NCBI RefSeq assembly: GCF_002113885.1
Contig: NW_018404662.1
Span: 854,114 to 918,113 of the forward strand
Reading direction: 5' to 3'
DNA: 64,000 nt
Origin: Mizuhopecten yessoensis
Taxonomy: Eukaryota
The position numbers and the translations under genes are program-made. Positions 36,836 through 51,857 of this stretch are shown one piece after another (within the stretch, counting starts at the first letter, position 1; every line of letters starts with the position of its first letter). A model generated the notes under the pieces. The model did no database searches, had not been told where the DNA came from, and was given only the letters and a program-made list of their open reading frames with translations.

Positions 36836-38940
36836 ACCTGACGTGTAGCTATAGTTGCTATGGAATGATGGACTGTAAAGGTTACAATACTTTGTGTGTA
36901 CTAGCTCCTATTGAGTGACTGTATGAGGTTAGATTTCTGATATTGATTTGATAAACATGATTTGTTTGACATATTGAGGAACTGTCAAAATGTCATTTCT
37001 ACACAAGCTATATAAATTTCCCTTAACATGATAGACGATTGTGATATTAATATCTTGCATTTCCACTATAGCATTGGCCAACAAAATCAATGTATAGAAA
37101 TAGTTCTGGTTTCATAAAAATAATTATAAAGATTCTATGTTGCGTCCTAACATTGAGTAGATGAAATATTTAAATATATATTTGTCAATGCTGAACTCAT
37201 ATTACTGACTTCTTTGATATCTAGTTTTAATGTAAATCCTTACAATAATGATAAATGTCATTTTGATGAGAAGTTATTAAATTTGGTCATGTTCACAATC
37301 AGTATTTTTTTCCGTATGGACTATATATATATACTAGCTATAGCTTTGAAGGTACATTGATATCACACACAGGTAACACACATGTATATACATAGGTATT
37401 ACCTATGAGAATGTATACCAGTGGTCACTTTGACCCAGTTTTTGTATCAAAATAAGCAAAATTAATATTGTAAGGTACCCAATTTATTTTGTTACAAATT
37501 TGTCTCACAATCCTATATGAAACTTTATTAGTCACCCACATTTGAAAAGTCCAGCACTATCACATCAGTACTTATATATACTTTTCATTCTAAAATACCT
37601 TTTAAAGTGCTGCCAATAACTCATAAAATGTCAACAATTACACATATGTTGGTTTAGTTAATATTAAGCAATATGTAATTGTATTAAAGCCATATATTTG
37701 TAAGAAACAAAATAAAGATCAAGAAAAATTGTGGGAGACCCCAAAAAATTACAGATGTCTCTTATTCTTTTATGAAATCAACTTAATAACCTTCTTTGAA
37801 AACAGCATTTAGAAAGTTCTAGTGTTATCATTGTAGGGACTAAATAATAATAAGAAATATCACTTTTTGAATATTTGTTGATCAATCATTTGATATTATG
37901 CACCTTTTTTATGGTGAAATGCAAAACAAAATGTACCTCATATATTTTCATAATTCCATATGTAAGTAGTATACCATGTACTTATTAAGACATATATCGT
38001 TTGATGATTTCATCAAATTAAACCAATTAGATCAACACCATATTTGAAATTTAAATATGATTTTTTTGAAAATGTTATCTGAAATAGAGTTTTTTCATGT
38101 TATTTATTTAATGATGATCATTGTAAATTGTGAACATTTCGGGTTTAGTTTCAGAAATCGTAACACCATAGATTTTAATTTGTTGAAGATGTGCTGCATA
38201 AACTGTTGTCAATTTGTGCCATAAGGCTTTCTTTGTGATGTGTACAATGAATAAGCTCAATCTTTGTAAGGATACATGAATCCGTACAACACAGTGTCAA
38301 ACTTCAAACAATGATACCAGAGTATCTGACAGTACATAATGTAACTTTAAACGAACTACCTAAGTTTTGAATACAGAAGTGTTATATTACGTATTGTCCT
38401 TCCCTTTATTACCTAGCACCATATAAGTACCACTCGATCGGGGCCGAGAACTGTGTACACCGGTAGAAACAAGCCGATGACACGCTGGAATGACTTTCTC
38501 CATTCCTGGAGAATGTACCCTGTGATTGGATATATTTAGACGATCGTAGAGAACATTGGGGCGATTGTTATTCGCCTCATTGCTTATACGCTATCTTTGA
38601 TCTGTTTCATTGACATGGTTTGTTATTTTCGCCTCATGTGTATTCAAAAGCTTGGATTGAAAGGACAGCAAGTTTATTGTTATTAGGAGTTAGTCTATCA
38701 CATTGGCAATATTGTGGTAAACAGTAGATCTGTTGCCACAGATTACTTGATATCACACCAGCCAATAGACAAGTGGTGAAGACGTATCCTAGTGTCCCAG
38801 AGACAGTTTAGCCTTGTGATTGGATGGATAGCGGTCTGTCCTAAGTATGTATACAATATCAGGGGCTTTCAACAAACAAGAGATCACATCTTCTTAGCTT
38901 AAACTGGCATTTTTCAATAGTGGAGAGAGTTTTGGTCAAC

Positions 38941-41900
38941 ATGGGTGACAGCAGGTAAGTGTCTGCCTATCTCTCTGATGTATTACCTAGGTATACTATC
39001 CCTACATAGTAATGGGACTGTATTTCTATATTGGGACAATACTTGGTAAATTATACTATCCATCCATGGCATTGGGATAGATTTTCTATATTGGGACAAT
39101 ACTAATGTAATACCTTGGTAAATTTATTATACATCCATGGCATTGGGATTGATTTTCTATATTGGGACAATACTAATGTAATACCTTGGTAAATTTTATT
39201 ATCCATCTATGGCATTGGGATAGATTTTCTATATTGGGACAATACTAATGTAATACCTTGGTAAATTTTAATATCCATCCATGGCATTGGGATTGATTTT
39301 CTATATTGGGACATTACTAGTGTATTACTTTGGTAAATTATACTATCCATACATAGTATTGGGACTGTATTTCTATATTGGGACAATACTAATGTATTAC
39401 ATAGTATTGGGACTATACTGATGCATTGGTACTATACTAATAATTCTTTAAGAAGTCTACATACTTGTTCTGTCTGTTGGTCATCTAAATGAAATATGAA
39501 CTGCTTAGATGCATTTTCTGTAATAGATCCATGAATTCTTAAAGGACGGTGCCAAACTTTTGTAAGAGAGAAAGTAGTCTTGTAGGAAAAGACATCATTT
39601 TACTTGAAAATAAAAAGTACAATTTGGTCATAAGGGAAAGGACTGGGCCCCTTCAAGGCCCCTTCTACACACATAGATAATGAACTCATTACAACATCAA
39701 AAATTCGATAAAATGCTGATAATAAATGTTGTACAAATATGACAAGATATTGAAAGAATTTGTGACAAAAAGAAATTCTCTTGAAAGTTATGACAAATAT
39801 TTGAGGCAGATATTGATCCTCCTTATAGCTGCTTACATTGAATTGATACCATGTAATTTGTTTGCTGTTTTCTGCATCGGTTTAGGAATATCGATATATG
39901 TCCATGTCTGCTAATCAATACAGTTATACATGTATCATACACTGATATTACTCTGCAGAATTCTGGTACCATACCCTGTGAGGCTGTCTGTGTCCAGTGT
40001 GGTACATAATGTTACTCTACAGAATTCTGGTACCATACCCTGTGATACTGTCTTGGTCCAATGTGGGACACTTTGCAGAAAGTGCATATATATCTAATAC
40101 AATTAAATTCATCAAAAATAATTTTGATTATTGGTCAGTTGTGACATTAAAGGACATTTGATAGGGCTGTGAACTACCGGTGCTTTTGTATTTGATGCAC
40201 AGGTTGATTCCCCTCTTATTTCAATAAACCGTAAGAACTTAACATTTTTGATGAACTGATTGGAATTAAACTTAACTCTCACAATTGAATACTTCTCTGG
40301 ATCGTGTAAAATATACCCCAAAACATGTTTATTAACTTTACAAATATACCACTACAGTCAAATTGGGCCTAAGATATAGCGATAGTAATCCGAGCTTCAA
40401 TTATATAACAAGGTGTTCTTTAGTGAGATCTGCTTGGGGCTGCACTGTCTTGAAATTTGAAATATACTTTTAGATAATGTGAGAAATTAAGTAAAATATT
40501 AAGCACACATGTAGCTTGAAAAATATTCAGGCGTGGGCAGATCCGTATTGAACATTAACACAGCTTATAACTCGACTGTAAAAAACCCAACAGTTTTGTT
40601 TGACTAAACCATTGCCTCGTACAGATAAGGTCCTTTGATTGTAAGGATAGTGTATGCATGCTACTGAAATCGTTTACCTCTGTGTCACATACATTTTATA
40701 TTCTGTGATAAAGGCCATCTGTTTTACATGTAAATTTATCCCTGAAGAGTATAAAACACACACCACTTCTGTTTAGAACAGAAACATCATGTTTTAGCTG
40801 AGTATGGTAGTGACATTGAAGTATTTTGTAGACACCCTGACATCGGGATGGTGCTCGAAGTATGTTTATTCTCCCGTAAACAGTGTTTGTAGGTTCACAT
40901 TCACACAAGGACAATATGTACATTAGGGATAATGTTTGTTAAAAAACATAACTCCTCAATCCTACTTCACTATAACACAGCACTCTACACACAGTAGTAA
41001 TGCTTGTTTATGAACGGAGAGGATTGGATACTGGATGTATTATCGAGCCTCAGAAATGTGAAAGGAAGTACTTCATCTAAACAATATATCATTATGTAAA
41101 TTTGATACAGTAGCATTAAAGCATGTCCTTCATGAAGGTATCCCAATTCTGTACCTATAGGCATTTAATATTGATAGTATTTAACACTACATGCACTTTT
41201 GAAATCCAAGGACATCTGATATTTTTTCTGTCAACACTCCATAGTAAGGCCTTGTCCGATGATATGTTTGATCTTGTCCAGATCATGACATCAGAAACAC
41301 TTGGAAATTTTTAATGTTGAATTACATTACATTATGTAAAGGATTTCATTAGTCTCTGTGGGTGGTTATATGAAATTGTATACCCAGTATATGATATATG
41401 GGGCTATAAAATGTATATATATTTTCCAGGAGGAATTTTCTACTTCATATTTCACATATTCAATACTTTCCAGGTTGATGTAGACAGACTTATTACGCGG
41501 TAGTCCCCCATCGCGAACCGGGGGGGACTATAGTTTTGCGTCATGTCTGTCCGTCCTTCCATCCTTCCGTCCTTCCTTCCATCCTTCTGCTATCTTGTCC
41601 GGGCTCTATCTCCTACACTACTTGTCACTGGAACTTCATACTTGGGGTATGGGTTCACCTTGGTGAGGCGGTGTGTTGTGTATCAAAAGTAGGTCACTCT
41701 GACCTACATTTTGATCTTTGACTTACATCAAAGTAAAACTTTGTCCAGGCTCTATCTCCTACACTACTAGTCACTGGAACTTCGTACTTGGAGTATGGGT
41801 TCATCTTGGTGAGGCGGTGTGTCGTATATCAAAGAAGGTCACTCTGTTTTTGACCTTTGATCTGCATCAAAGAAAAAGTTTGTCTGGGCTGTATCTCCTT

Positions 41901-44900
41901 CACTACTAGTTACTGGAACTTCTTGCTTTGGGCATGGGTTCACTTGCATTAAAGAAGAAGCATAAATAGTGTCACCAGATGCAATTTAATAGTAAAACGG
42001 TACCACTAACCAGTAAACATACACCAGATTTATTTGCAATAGTAGCACTGACACTATTCCTTATGGAATACGGTGGGTCTGTCAAACATTCATATATAGA
42101 ATTAGTTTCTGCACGAATAATCATCTGTGCATTTCACATTCGGTGGGGGACTTTAATTCGCCGAATTGTCTTGTTCCTATTTATCTTACAGTACATATAC
42201 ATTTGGTATACTCTACTTTTGACAAGTCGACATCTAGCTGTGACCTTCTCCCCTGAGATGTGTAATTATCTATATAAACATTTTCAAATACAAGCAGGTC
42301 TACTGTAGTATCAGACTTTCAAATCGTCATTGTCATGATAAGTGTTAAGATCTTCCATTTAAATGACTCTAAACTGTGGCATGTCTGTGTGAGGTCACTG
42401 TTTGTATAATTTTGCAAGGTTAATGTCATGACATTGAAGTTTTTGTTCTATCAAAGCAAACACAGTTAATAAAAATAAAAATTGTAGACAATACTTTGAC
42501 ACTTTCTGGTTAGTCAATTATAAAAAAAGTACCCACGTAGCAATTTCTATGGGTATAGAGTTAAATCTGAAGTGTCAAATATTGGAGTTGGAACTAAATC
42601 AACACTTCAAGTCGTGTTGTATCTCTGAGCAAACCATTACTGGCTGTAAAAGCTAATGCTTCTGGTTGTAAAAGTCGAATCACATAAGTTGGGGTTCCTT
42701 GAGGATTGCTCAACATGATGGCCTCTTAGCTAATTACAGGCCCGTAGTACTCTACAGAAGGAGAGGTGGGAAGGTGGAGGGGTAAATGACTTAGAATGTT
42801 TGATGTCCTTGTTGGTAAGAAACTCCCACTTTATTTTAATCATATATGTACTACATACCTGGTATATATATTGCTCTTCTGTGGGCTTTCATATGCATTC
42901 ATTTCTCAATGTATTACAGCGATCCCAAAATAAACTCTTAACCATCAGCTATGGTGCGATACCATGTAAAAAGCACTACTATACTTGACCTGTGAGAGCA
43001 CAGTAAATAAAGGCCTAACACTGGTAGGAAGAATGGTAGAATATATACATTGTAGTATGGGGTGCTTATGATTGTTTCATCTAATGCTACCTCTGGGTTT
43101 TTTCATTTGTTATATAGTTGTTTGGAAAAGCCTATCATTGGCTTGTGTTGCCATGTTTTAACTATATAACGACTTTTACATAACATTTACTTGACTTGAC
43201 TATTGAATAATCATATCTGCGAAAGTACTTTATTAAATTAACAAATATGACCCTTTCATCTATAAAATATTTTCAAAAAAACTAACATGTTACTGTATTC
43301 ATCCAGCAATAAGACCATGCCTGGTGATAAGCCCATCCTACTTTTTAAAGGCATCAGATCCATATTCTGCATCCCTGCATTGAGCCGATCCCTAGCTTTT
43401 GATCCTAAATTCCATAGTGGCTTTATGGGTTTATTGCAGGGTTATTATGGTAAGCCAGCCTGATTAAGATAAGGAGAAAGCTATTTGGTGAATAGAAGCA
43501 GAAATTAATTCTATGTATTAGATTTATCAATGAATCTAAATTTATGTGATTATAACAATGAACAGACCGTAAAGTTATTATAGCAGTTTAATTCAAAGTC
43601 CCCATACAATAATTATAAACTCTACGGCTCAGTGAAGTTGTTGTATTTTCCCGATTCTCGGCTTTCAGCCAACGTCATAGGATTAAATTAAAATCTCATT
43701 ATAGGTAAGGGGCCTTCATGGCCTTCCCATTAACCAACTATTGTGATATTTTCTCATAAGCTGTATTGAAAATAATAAAAGTATTTTCATTATAAACTTT
43801 ACAAGTGTATGTGAATATGCCGTCGAAGTCTGTCGGAGTGCTGGGTAACAGTGTACAAAGTTTTAAAGGCTGACTGGCGACCAGAGTCAACATATGTAGC
43901 AAGTAGGTGTCTAGTACAATGTATTGATTCGTCAATTTTTACATATTGATTTGTTCTTTTGGTATAATTGTTCTGTCTATACGTAGTTAATGAACATGTA
44001 TGTATGGAACAAAATATGTAAATATGAAATATTGAGTCGCTCCAGTATCCGGTGTTGTCATGTTATACCTGTGTTACGGCAGATTGTAATTCATTTAACT
44101 GATAATTGTAGTAATTATAATTAATCAACCAAGTTTTTATTGTAATGATAGCTTTCATTGGTCAAAAGGGGTGCCTTACTGGATGTTAGACACTAGACAA
44201 TGCCTTGTCCCACTATTCAATGTATGTTAATTTAAGCTGTTTAACACCACACTCCTGTACTGTTACACTGAATATACCCATACAATCCCAGCGTGTTTGT
44301 ATGATATGTACCATATTTATTTTAAAACATACCTATACCTTGTAGTATGGTCAACAGCTCTGACCATTACATAGCTACCTTATAAGGGGTTTGTATTTAA
44401 CTCTGTAAAACATTATATAATGAGGTATAGTCATTATATTCATCATACACAAACAGCCTCATTTGCAGATCAGTCTTTCCCATTTATAGCTGTGCATGTC
44501 TGAAATCATTTTGTTTATATCTAAATTTATTGGTAGAATAGAAGGATGCGTGTTTTGTCTTTGTATTATTTTGGAATGTATATAACTCAAATAATGAAAT
44601 TTGTAAATGTTTGTTCAATGATTAACTCTGGTGGAAGCTTCCTTGAAGTTAATTATTGTTAACCAACTTTTTATCATTCTTGTTAGATGTCTCCACAACA
44701 CATGCCCTGTCATAGCTTTAGGTTGTTTAGTATAAGTAAACAGGTGTTTATATAATCATAATTAGTTAAAGGAAGAGTTGTAGAGGGAAGTTGGTTACAT
44801 CTCAGTGACAAAGATTCAAATGTCAATGTAATTGCGCATAGAAATTGAATAGATACTTGAAAAAAATTGAACACTAATATTTTGAACTTAGGCTTTTCAA

Positions 44901-47900
44901 ACCTAACACTTGGTCCTTGAAATGCTGTAAATAAGCCTCTCTAATTAAAATTGAAAACCTGTTTTTCAATCACATGTATATATAAACATTTCAGTATGAG
45001 ATATTCTTTGGATGACTTATGCTGATATATGTTCTCGGACATTTAAAAATGGTATTCTGAATACACTGGTAATCTAATCTGTTGTACTGTGATGTCACTT
45101 ATCTCTATTTCTGTCCAGTTTTTGTCGTAAACAATTTTGTAATCAACTACCTCCTGCTGTGAAATGATATAATTGCAGTACCTCTTTAAAGCAAATTTAG
45201 TTCCTTAAATTTGAATAATTACAACTTAATTTGAATATAACCAAATATAAATATCAAAATGTATGAATATATGTGTTCAGATTATAGATAACCAATAGCA
45301 ATTTACACATAAGTTACTGATACCTGTATTTTAAATACCTGCCAAGCTTCCCTTATCTAAATAAACTTTAACCCACAGTAGACCACCAGTCACGACGTAG
45401 TCTATCAAGCTTCCTCACAGCTGACTGGTACATTAGGGGGAACGTTTGGATCAGTTTATTATCAAACTATTCAAACTGGAAACAGAATATGAGTGTCTAA
45501 ATGAAACCGCGGGATAACATACACAAAAATATTCCTATTTCTACAAACGTTTAAATGAGTTTAAAAATTAAACTTAATTTTAAGTTACCATTAAGCTAAT
45601 GAAGAAATGGAACCGAAACCTTTACTTTAAATACCTAACAGCTAATATCCTGGATTGACACCATTGGGTTTGCATACATTCCATTAACCAGTTTTATAGC
45701 TAATTTGTAAATCACTTCAGTTTATGACATTTGATTGAAATTTGTTTATTCAACCATTACAGAATTAAGCGTGATCACCTGATCATAAAAAGTATGTGAA
45801 CCAAATCTTGATTTATGATACACAGTGGCGTGTTACAGTTAAGGATATGTACCCCTTTTTTCCGTATTTTTTTAACCATGGCACATGGCTCCTTACTCAC
45901 TCAGTCTGCTAATTCAGTTTTGACTTTGAGCAAGGCAAGTTACAGACATAAACATCTTTGCAAAGTAGAGTATAACTACTTAATTCAAGGTCAAACCCTC
46001 AGTTGCAGAGTTATGTCCCTTGGTTTATTTTCCGTTTCATTTTGTATGGTTATTTTGTCTATTGGAAATAGTATGAAATTTTGAAGAAGAAAACATAAAT
46101 TTTCCAGGAGGAAAAAGGCCAAAAACTGTCCCAAAATAAACAAAAAATTAATCAGTTTGAAGTCAGATCAAAGATATTTTATGATTTCTTTTGCTTCAGG
46201 AAATCCAAAACTTTGACATGTGGTAAGGTGAGCAGACAAAAAGATGTGTATTCTTACTCCTCCTCCTCACGGAGGCAGGTTAAATCTAGTAGGAACAGAA
46301 CGGTGAAAAAGAGGTCTGACTGCCCGACTGAAGAGAATGGAGCCATGCCTGATATCTGTTTGTCTCCAAGCAACGCACAACTTCAGAAAATGATGAAGAA
46401 ACGACTGTCCTTGGCACCTGTTGCTAAGGAGTTTGTGGACTTCATACATGCTGGGGACCACAAAAATGTGAAACGCATGATAAAGGAACGCGTTGTTGAT
46501 GTAAACTTACGGGACACAGAGGATCCTGTCCTGCCGACACCTCTTCTTATCGCTGCAGAAATGAATGATGAGGAGATGGTACGGCTGATGCTGAGGGCCA
46601 AACCCAAACCAGCTAACATCAATGATGAGACTACTAAGGGCAAAAGGGCAATATGGTAAGTTGTTGGGATAAAAATAGAAATTAAAAACTAAAACATTCA
46701 TTTTACAGCCAAGCATTATAGGAAGGCTTCATCGTTTGATAGAAATATGAAAAACATATCCAGAGGGAAAAGTGTAACTTATATAAATAACAAATTGCAT
46801 TGACTTGTATATCATGGTTAGTGTGTGCATGTTGCTAATATTTTGGACTTGGACAAGACCTTATAGTAAAGGTCAAATAGCACAAACAGACATAAATAAT
46901 TGCGACAACAGGATTTCATTGAGTTCCAAACTAAAGTATAGTCATCTAAATAGTTTATAAAAAGTGTAAAAACTGCAGGGGTCATGCTGTCAATTGCCAA
47001 TGTAGCTACTGATTCTCTTTGACTTCTTAAATTTTCATCTGGCTTCAAAATGACATCTCATAATACTTTGGGTGCTATCATACACATGTGATTAATGGCC
47101 TTTACTAGAAGTATAAAGAAGAGATACTAATAGTACATACTGAGCTCTGACTAGTTGCTGGCAGAAAATGGTATAAGATAAATCATTATCTATTTCCCTT
47201 GATTTCCTTTGGAAAAAGAAGATGGCCAATTGCTTGGAAATACTGTTGGTTTGAAAAATAATGTGTGCAATGTATCAAGTAATAAAGTAACAAACACATT
47301 TGTTTGTGTAGGATAGCAGCCAAGCATGGAAATGTAGAGATGGTAGAATATCTACTTAATGGGAAATCACCATGTGAGGTCAACATAGTGGACAAGGAGT
47401 CAGGTAGGTACTGAACTGTGTGTTCCTGATTTAACTGTGGCCAAATGCTTGAGAATTCTGCTATCGTTTTTTATAACCTTCCCTTAAATTTGTTTGGATA
47501 TAGCTGTATCTACCATTGACCTGGAAGCTCATTTGGTTAGAATGGCAATATAATGATTGCAGGTCCCAGTGTAGCATGGTATTTACTCCAACAGTGTTAG
47601 AGGTTTTACACAGCGAGATACTTTTGACAGGCGCCGCACAGTCAGCAAAAATATAGGAAAAAGACCGACCAGCGGCCTCTTATGTTATAGGGAGTACATG
47701 GTATTGTGAAGAATGGTGAAATGAACTAGGGTCAAAATACCATAATGGTAATTATAAACCGTGGTTCATTTCACGATTATGGACATATGCTCTTTGCTCC
47801 TTGCTCATGGTGGAATGAAGGCTTCCATCGACTTATTCTCTGACCAACTTTTGCGTTAATTTTCTTATGTCATATGTTGTTCTGTTGTTAATTGTACTCC

Positions 47901-49508
47901 ATTCTCCTCTTTTTAAGGCTTTGATCCACATGAAGGCTACAGTGCCCTATCATTGAGGGTGAGAGAGTTATAGTTCTGGATCTATGATATGTTGTTTTTA
48001 CACCTAATCATTCCTTGTTTTTAGTGCCATTTTCAAGGAGACTATAAAGGTCAACTGTCTATATTTATACACTATTGTTTATCTATACCCCTATGTAGGT
48101 CAACTGTCTATATTTATACACTATTGTTTGTCTATACCCCTAGGTTGTTCCCCGTTGTTCCGAGCTATTCTCACAGAGTCTGCGGAGGCCTGTCAGCTAC
48201 TGATAAAAGCCGGAGCAGATGTCAACCTTCGTAGACTGTCATTAGAGAACAGCAACGAGACCCCACTCATCAAGTGAGACATTTATAACCTTTAAAAGGC
48301 TATAATGTAAAGTAATGAAATTTTGCTGTACATCTGTACATCTAGTGTAGTGAATATACTGGTACAAGTTTTTTGAAATTCATTTTACATGTTAATTAGA
48401 TCAAGAAAAATATTTCATACTGATTAAACCAGTATAGTAAATGTAAAAATCTTTATTTCTTAAATCATGTCTGCTCTGAGGTGCAAATTTTGGACTTTCC
48501 TTTACCCCTTTACAATTGTTAAACTATTTTACAAATGATAGCAGATAGAAAAGATACTTTATTGTATAGAGATATAAGTGATTACTGGGTAGATATAAAG
48601 ATTGGAAAGACAACTATGTGTAAGTCTATGATATGTGATAGAACAGTAGTTGAAATGTAATCTTTGTTTGGTATTCCAGAGCCATCCAGATGGACAATAG
48701 AGACATCTGTCAGATACTGGTCAACTCTCTGTGTAAGCTTCAGACAAAAACTGACGCTGGTCTGAATGCTTTGCATTTTGCTGTGGCATACTGTCGATAT
48801 GACATTGTGGAGCTACTCATGGAAAATGGAGTCAAGATCCACGCTAAAAGTAATGCTGGCATTACTGCCATGTCCGTCGCTATAGAAAACCATAATGCTG
48901 CCATGGTGAAAATTTTACTGAAAAAAGGTTATAAAGTGGACAAGAAATACAAATGGAAGGAAACGCCCCTACAACAAGCTATCAAACTACACGCTACAGA
49001 AAGTGCTCTAACTTTGATGCATCATGGCTGTACAGTCAAAAAAGACAAAGGATCGTCTTATATGCACATGGCTGTTGAAGAAAAACTTATACGGATTATT
49101 AAATTTTTAATAGCGCTTAATCCTTTGTTTTTGAATGAGGAATGGCTGCAAAAACAGATGTGGCCGGTGTCACTCTATCGACGGCCAGATATATTCAATT
49201 GGCTTCAGAAAGAGGCCGCAACTCCTCGGACTTTAAAACAATTGTGTCGAGCAAGAATATTTAAATTACTTGGAACTTACGCTCCAGCCAAGGCAAAAGA
49301 ACTACCTCTACCTGAAACTCTCAGAGAGTATTTACAGTACAATGAATTTGTGAAGGATGAATATTACAAACAAAAGCCCTTGAATTCCAAAGAGTGTCCG
49401 TTTGACTGTCCCGCGAAGTGTTCATACAGACATTGTCCACCAATAGAAGTCTCAGCATCTGAATCCGAGTCTGAATCAGACTCGGATGTAGAAATAGATT
49501 CATCATAG
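38941..49508 (+). CDS. Ankyrin repeat and SOCS box-containing protein (ASB-like E3 ligase adaptor), 5 coding exons, 506 aa
   Basis: Exons: 38941-38954 (ATG GGT GAC AGC AG|gtaagt, phase 2, in frame with the next exon), 46200-46655, 47312-47403, 48144-48273, 48680-49508. Sum is 1521 nt. Ankyrin motifs TPLLIAA, AIWIAAKHGNVEMVEYLL, SPLFRAI, TPLIKAI, NALHFAV, TPLQQAI. SOCS box PRTLKQLCRARIFKLL...LPLPETLREYLQY. The first exon is less certain than the others. Confidence 0.88.
38985..39420. repeat. ~70-bp tandem repeat, ~6 copies, at the start of the first ASB coding intron
   Basis: Repeated CATGGCATTGGGAT..TTTCTATATTGGGACAATACTAATGTAATACCTTGGTAAATT. Confidence 0.85.
41490..42175 (-). mobile_element. 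HINE-like element (second family) with three ~145-bp units
   Basis: Terminal hairpin TAGTCCCC..GGGGACTA (41501-41530), GTCC/TTCC microsatellite, units GCTCTATCTCCTACACTAC.., other end GGGGGACTT..CTTGTT. Confidence 0.7.
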
Positions 49509-51240
49509 CCAACAAATGTCATACAAAGAAACAACTTATTTATTTTATAACTTATTTTTATTTATATTTATATTTTTTCACATAAAGACTTTTCCAACCA
49601 TAACATTTGTCCAGCAGAGGGTACCCTGTATTTCACTTATCAATACTTGTATTTTTACAAATAAGGCTTTAAGTCTAATTTATTTATCTTATAGGTAGCG
49701 TAATTGCTTGTTCAGTTTATTTAAGTCATCTTCAAAGTCCAACAGTTTTTGTTCTCTATGTCATATCTACTCTGCACCCTTGAGTTTTCTAGAATCAAAG
49801 TTAAAGTATTTGTCACCTTGCAGATAAATCACGTTGACAGGTCTGTAAACTGTTGCACAGTCTGTATACCTGTGATCTAAAGCACAGCCTGTATACCTGT
49901 GATCTAAAGTAATGTTTGTATCAAATATGAAAATGGATTGTGTAACAGCATAACAGTGTAATTTACCGCTTGTGATGAAAGTAATGTTTCTATCAAAGAT
50001 AAGAATGGAATGTGTGACTGTGTAACAGTGTTTTTTACCAGCTGTGACCTCAGAGCAATTCTCTGTTACTCTACAAGGTGCAGGTATCACCTGTCTCATC
50101 CTAAGAGTTGTGATATTTTTTGTTTCTGATGACCATCAGCCTTTGATTATTTCATGATGAAATCTACGGGTGCAGAGACGATATTTATATCGGGAGTGTA
50201 AACGTTGGATTTTGAACATTTGTACTATCAAGTTTTAATATCACTGGAAATTTAAATATTTGATAATCTTTGAGCAGTCGGTGACAGTTTGAAATTTTCA
50301 AGAACTTTTACTATCTCTATGTTTTGTCAACCAGATTTTGAGAAATTACATGTTTTGGTATGTAATGGCTAAACCTATTTGAAGTTGAAGTCTGTTACAC
50401 TTGTACAATGTATATCTACAATAGATGACAGGGTATGTTGATTCAACAGTCTTATCATCTCATCTCAGGTAGTAGACGTAGGTCATTTGTGAAAAAAATA
50501 TTGTGTTTTACAATTGTTTTGAGTATTTTGTGTAGATCTTGTAGGAGTGAAACAGTGTTTTAAAGTTTCATTTTGTGATAAAGTTATGTGTTTGATAGAG
50601 GTATACATGTGTAAACGTGTTGAAGTAACTACAAATGTAAGTGGCATAATAGATGGTAGCTTATAAGCCAAACTATTTTTTGTGATTGTTAATGTTTAGC
50701 ATAACTTAACACCCTTTTTCGTAATTTTATATTGTATACAGTATTTGCTGTAGATATTACTCTTATTTTGATGCCACTTTACATGTGTTTCAAAGAAGTC
50801 TGACAGGATTACCTCCCTTTGAAGTAGTTTCCACTACCATACAGAATGTTCCAAGTCTCAAAAATAAGGCTGATATCTTTTATGAAAAATGTATTTGTTA
50901 GTAAGATAACATGTAATATAATAGTATGTACATGTAACATGCAGGCATCTAGTAGAACATTTTCAATGTATTTTGTAATATAAATTCATTAAAAACAGCT
51001 GAAATTTGGTTTATAGTTCTAAATGTTGTTATCAAAGATTGCTTGGGTGTTATGTGCGAAGTATACATTTTACAGTATCTGTTTTTCCTAAAAACTTGAG
51101 TAGATGATTGACCTGTTCATTATTAGTTATTGGTAGGGTATACGTATTGCTGGCAATACTGTAGTTTGTTTTGTATACAACATTATGTCACATTGTCTCA
51201 GCAGTGAGTGAGATATCATTATTGTGTAACACAAGTCCAG

Positions 51241-51503
51241 GGCCCAGTTGATCAAAGAATGATTAGCTATATAATACTTAATAATAACCTGAAGCAAAAT
51301 TTAAAACTAGCATACTTTCAAAATATTGAAATTCAAAACATAAATTGTACGTTTAAGGATCAATTTTATAATGATTTTCTAATGCTAAGAAGCAAAAAAA
51401 AGTTCGTAATTTCTTTTTAGATATACTGTTTTTCTTAGAAATCAAATTTTAAAAATGTGTGGTAATGACTTGTTAAGCTAATTATTCTGTGAACGACCAG
51501 GCC
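51241..51503. mobile_element. PIF/Harbinger-like MITE
   Basis: Imperfect TIRs GGCCCAGTTGATCAAAGAATGATTAGCT and AGCTAATTATTCTGTGAACGACCAGGCC, with CAG duplicated on both sides. Confidence 0.65.
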
Positions 51504-51857
51504 CAGTTCGTTTTTCATTATGTTATACTATTTTGTATGTTTCACTTTTAAGAAAACATGGCAAATAAAAAAATACAACCACAACAAAGTAACAGTTGAT
51601 GATCATGGTTTCCATTAAAACCATATCCAGGTAGTATCTTACTTATCTAAAACATTAATCTATAGAACACCTGACTATGGTAAAGGGTACCAACAAGTAA
51701 AACTATATTGCACTGTAATATCACTATCAATATTGTGAAATACCTGTTAAAAGTCCTTTTCAAAAGAACTATTCTATAAAACTCACATGCTAGGGTGCAT
51801 TTTACTGAATTAAAGTTATTCGAAATTTGAATTTTTCAAAATGCAAAAAGAAGATTT

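Noticed and set aside
38941-38954. N-myristoylation signal on the ASB protein (MG start)
   Set aside because: Asp at position 3 and Lys at position 6 do not fit the MGxxxS/T consensus.
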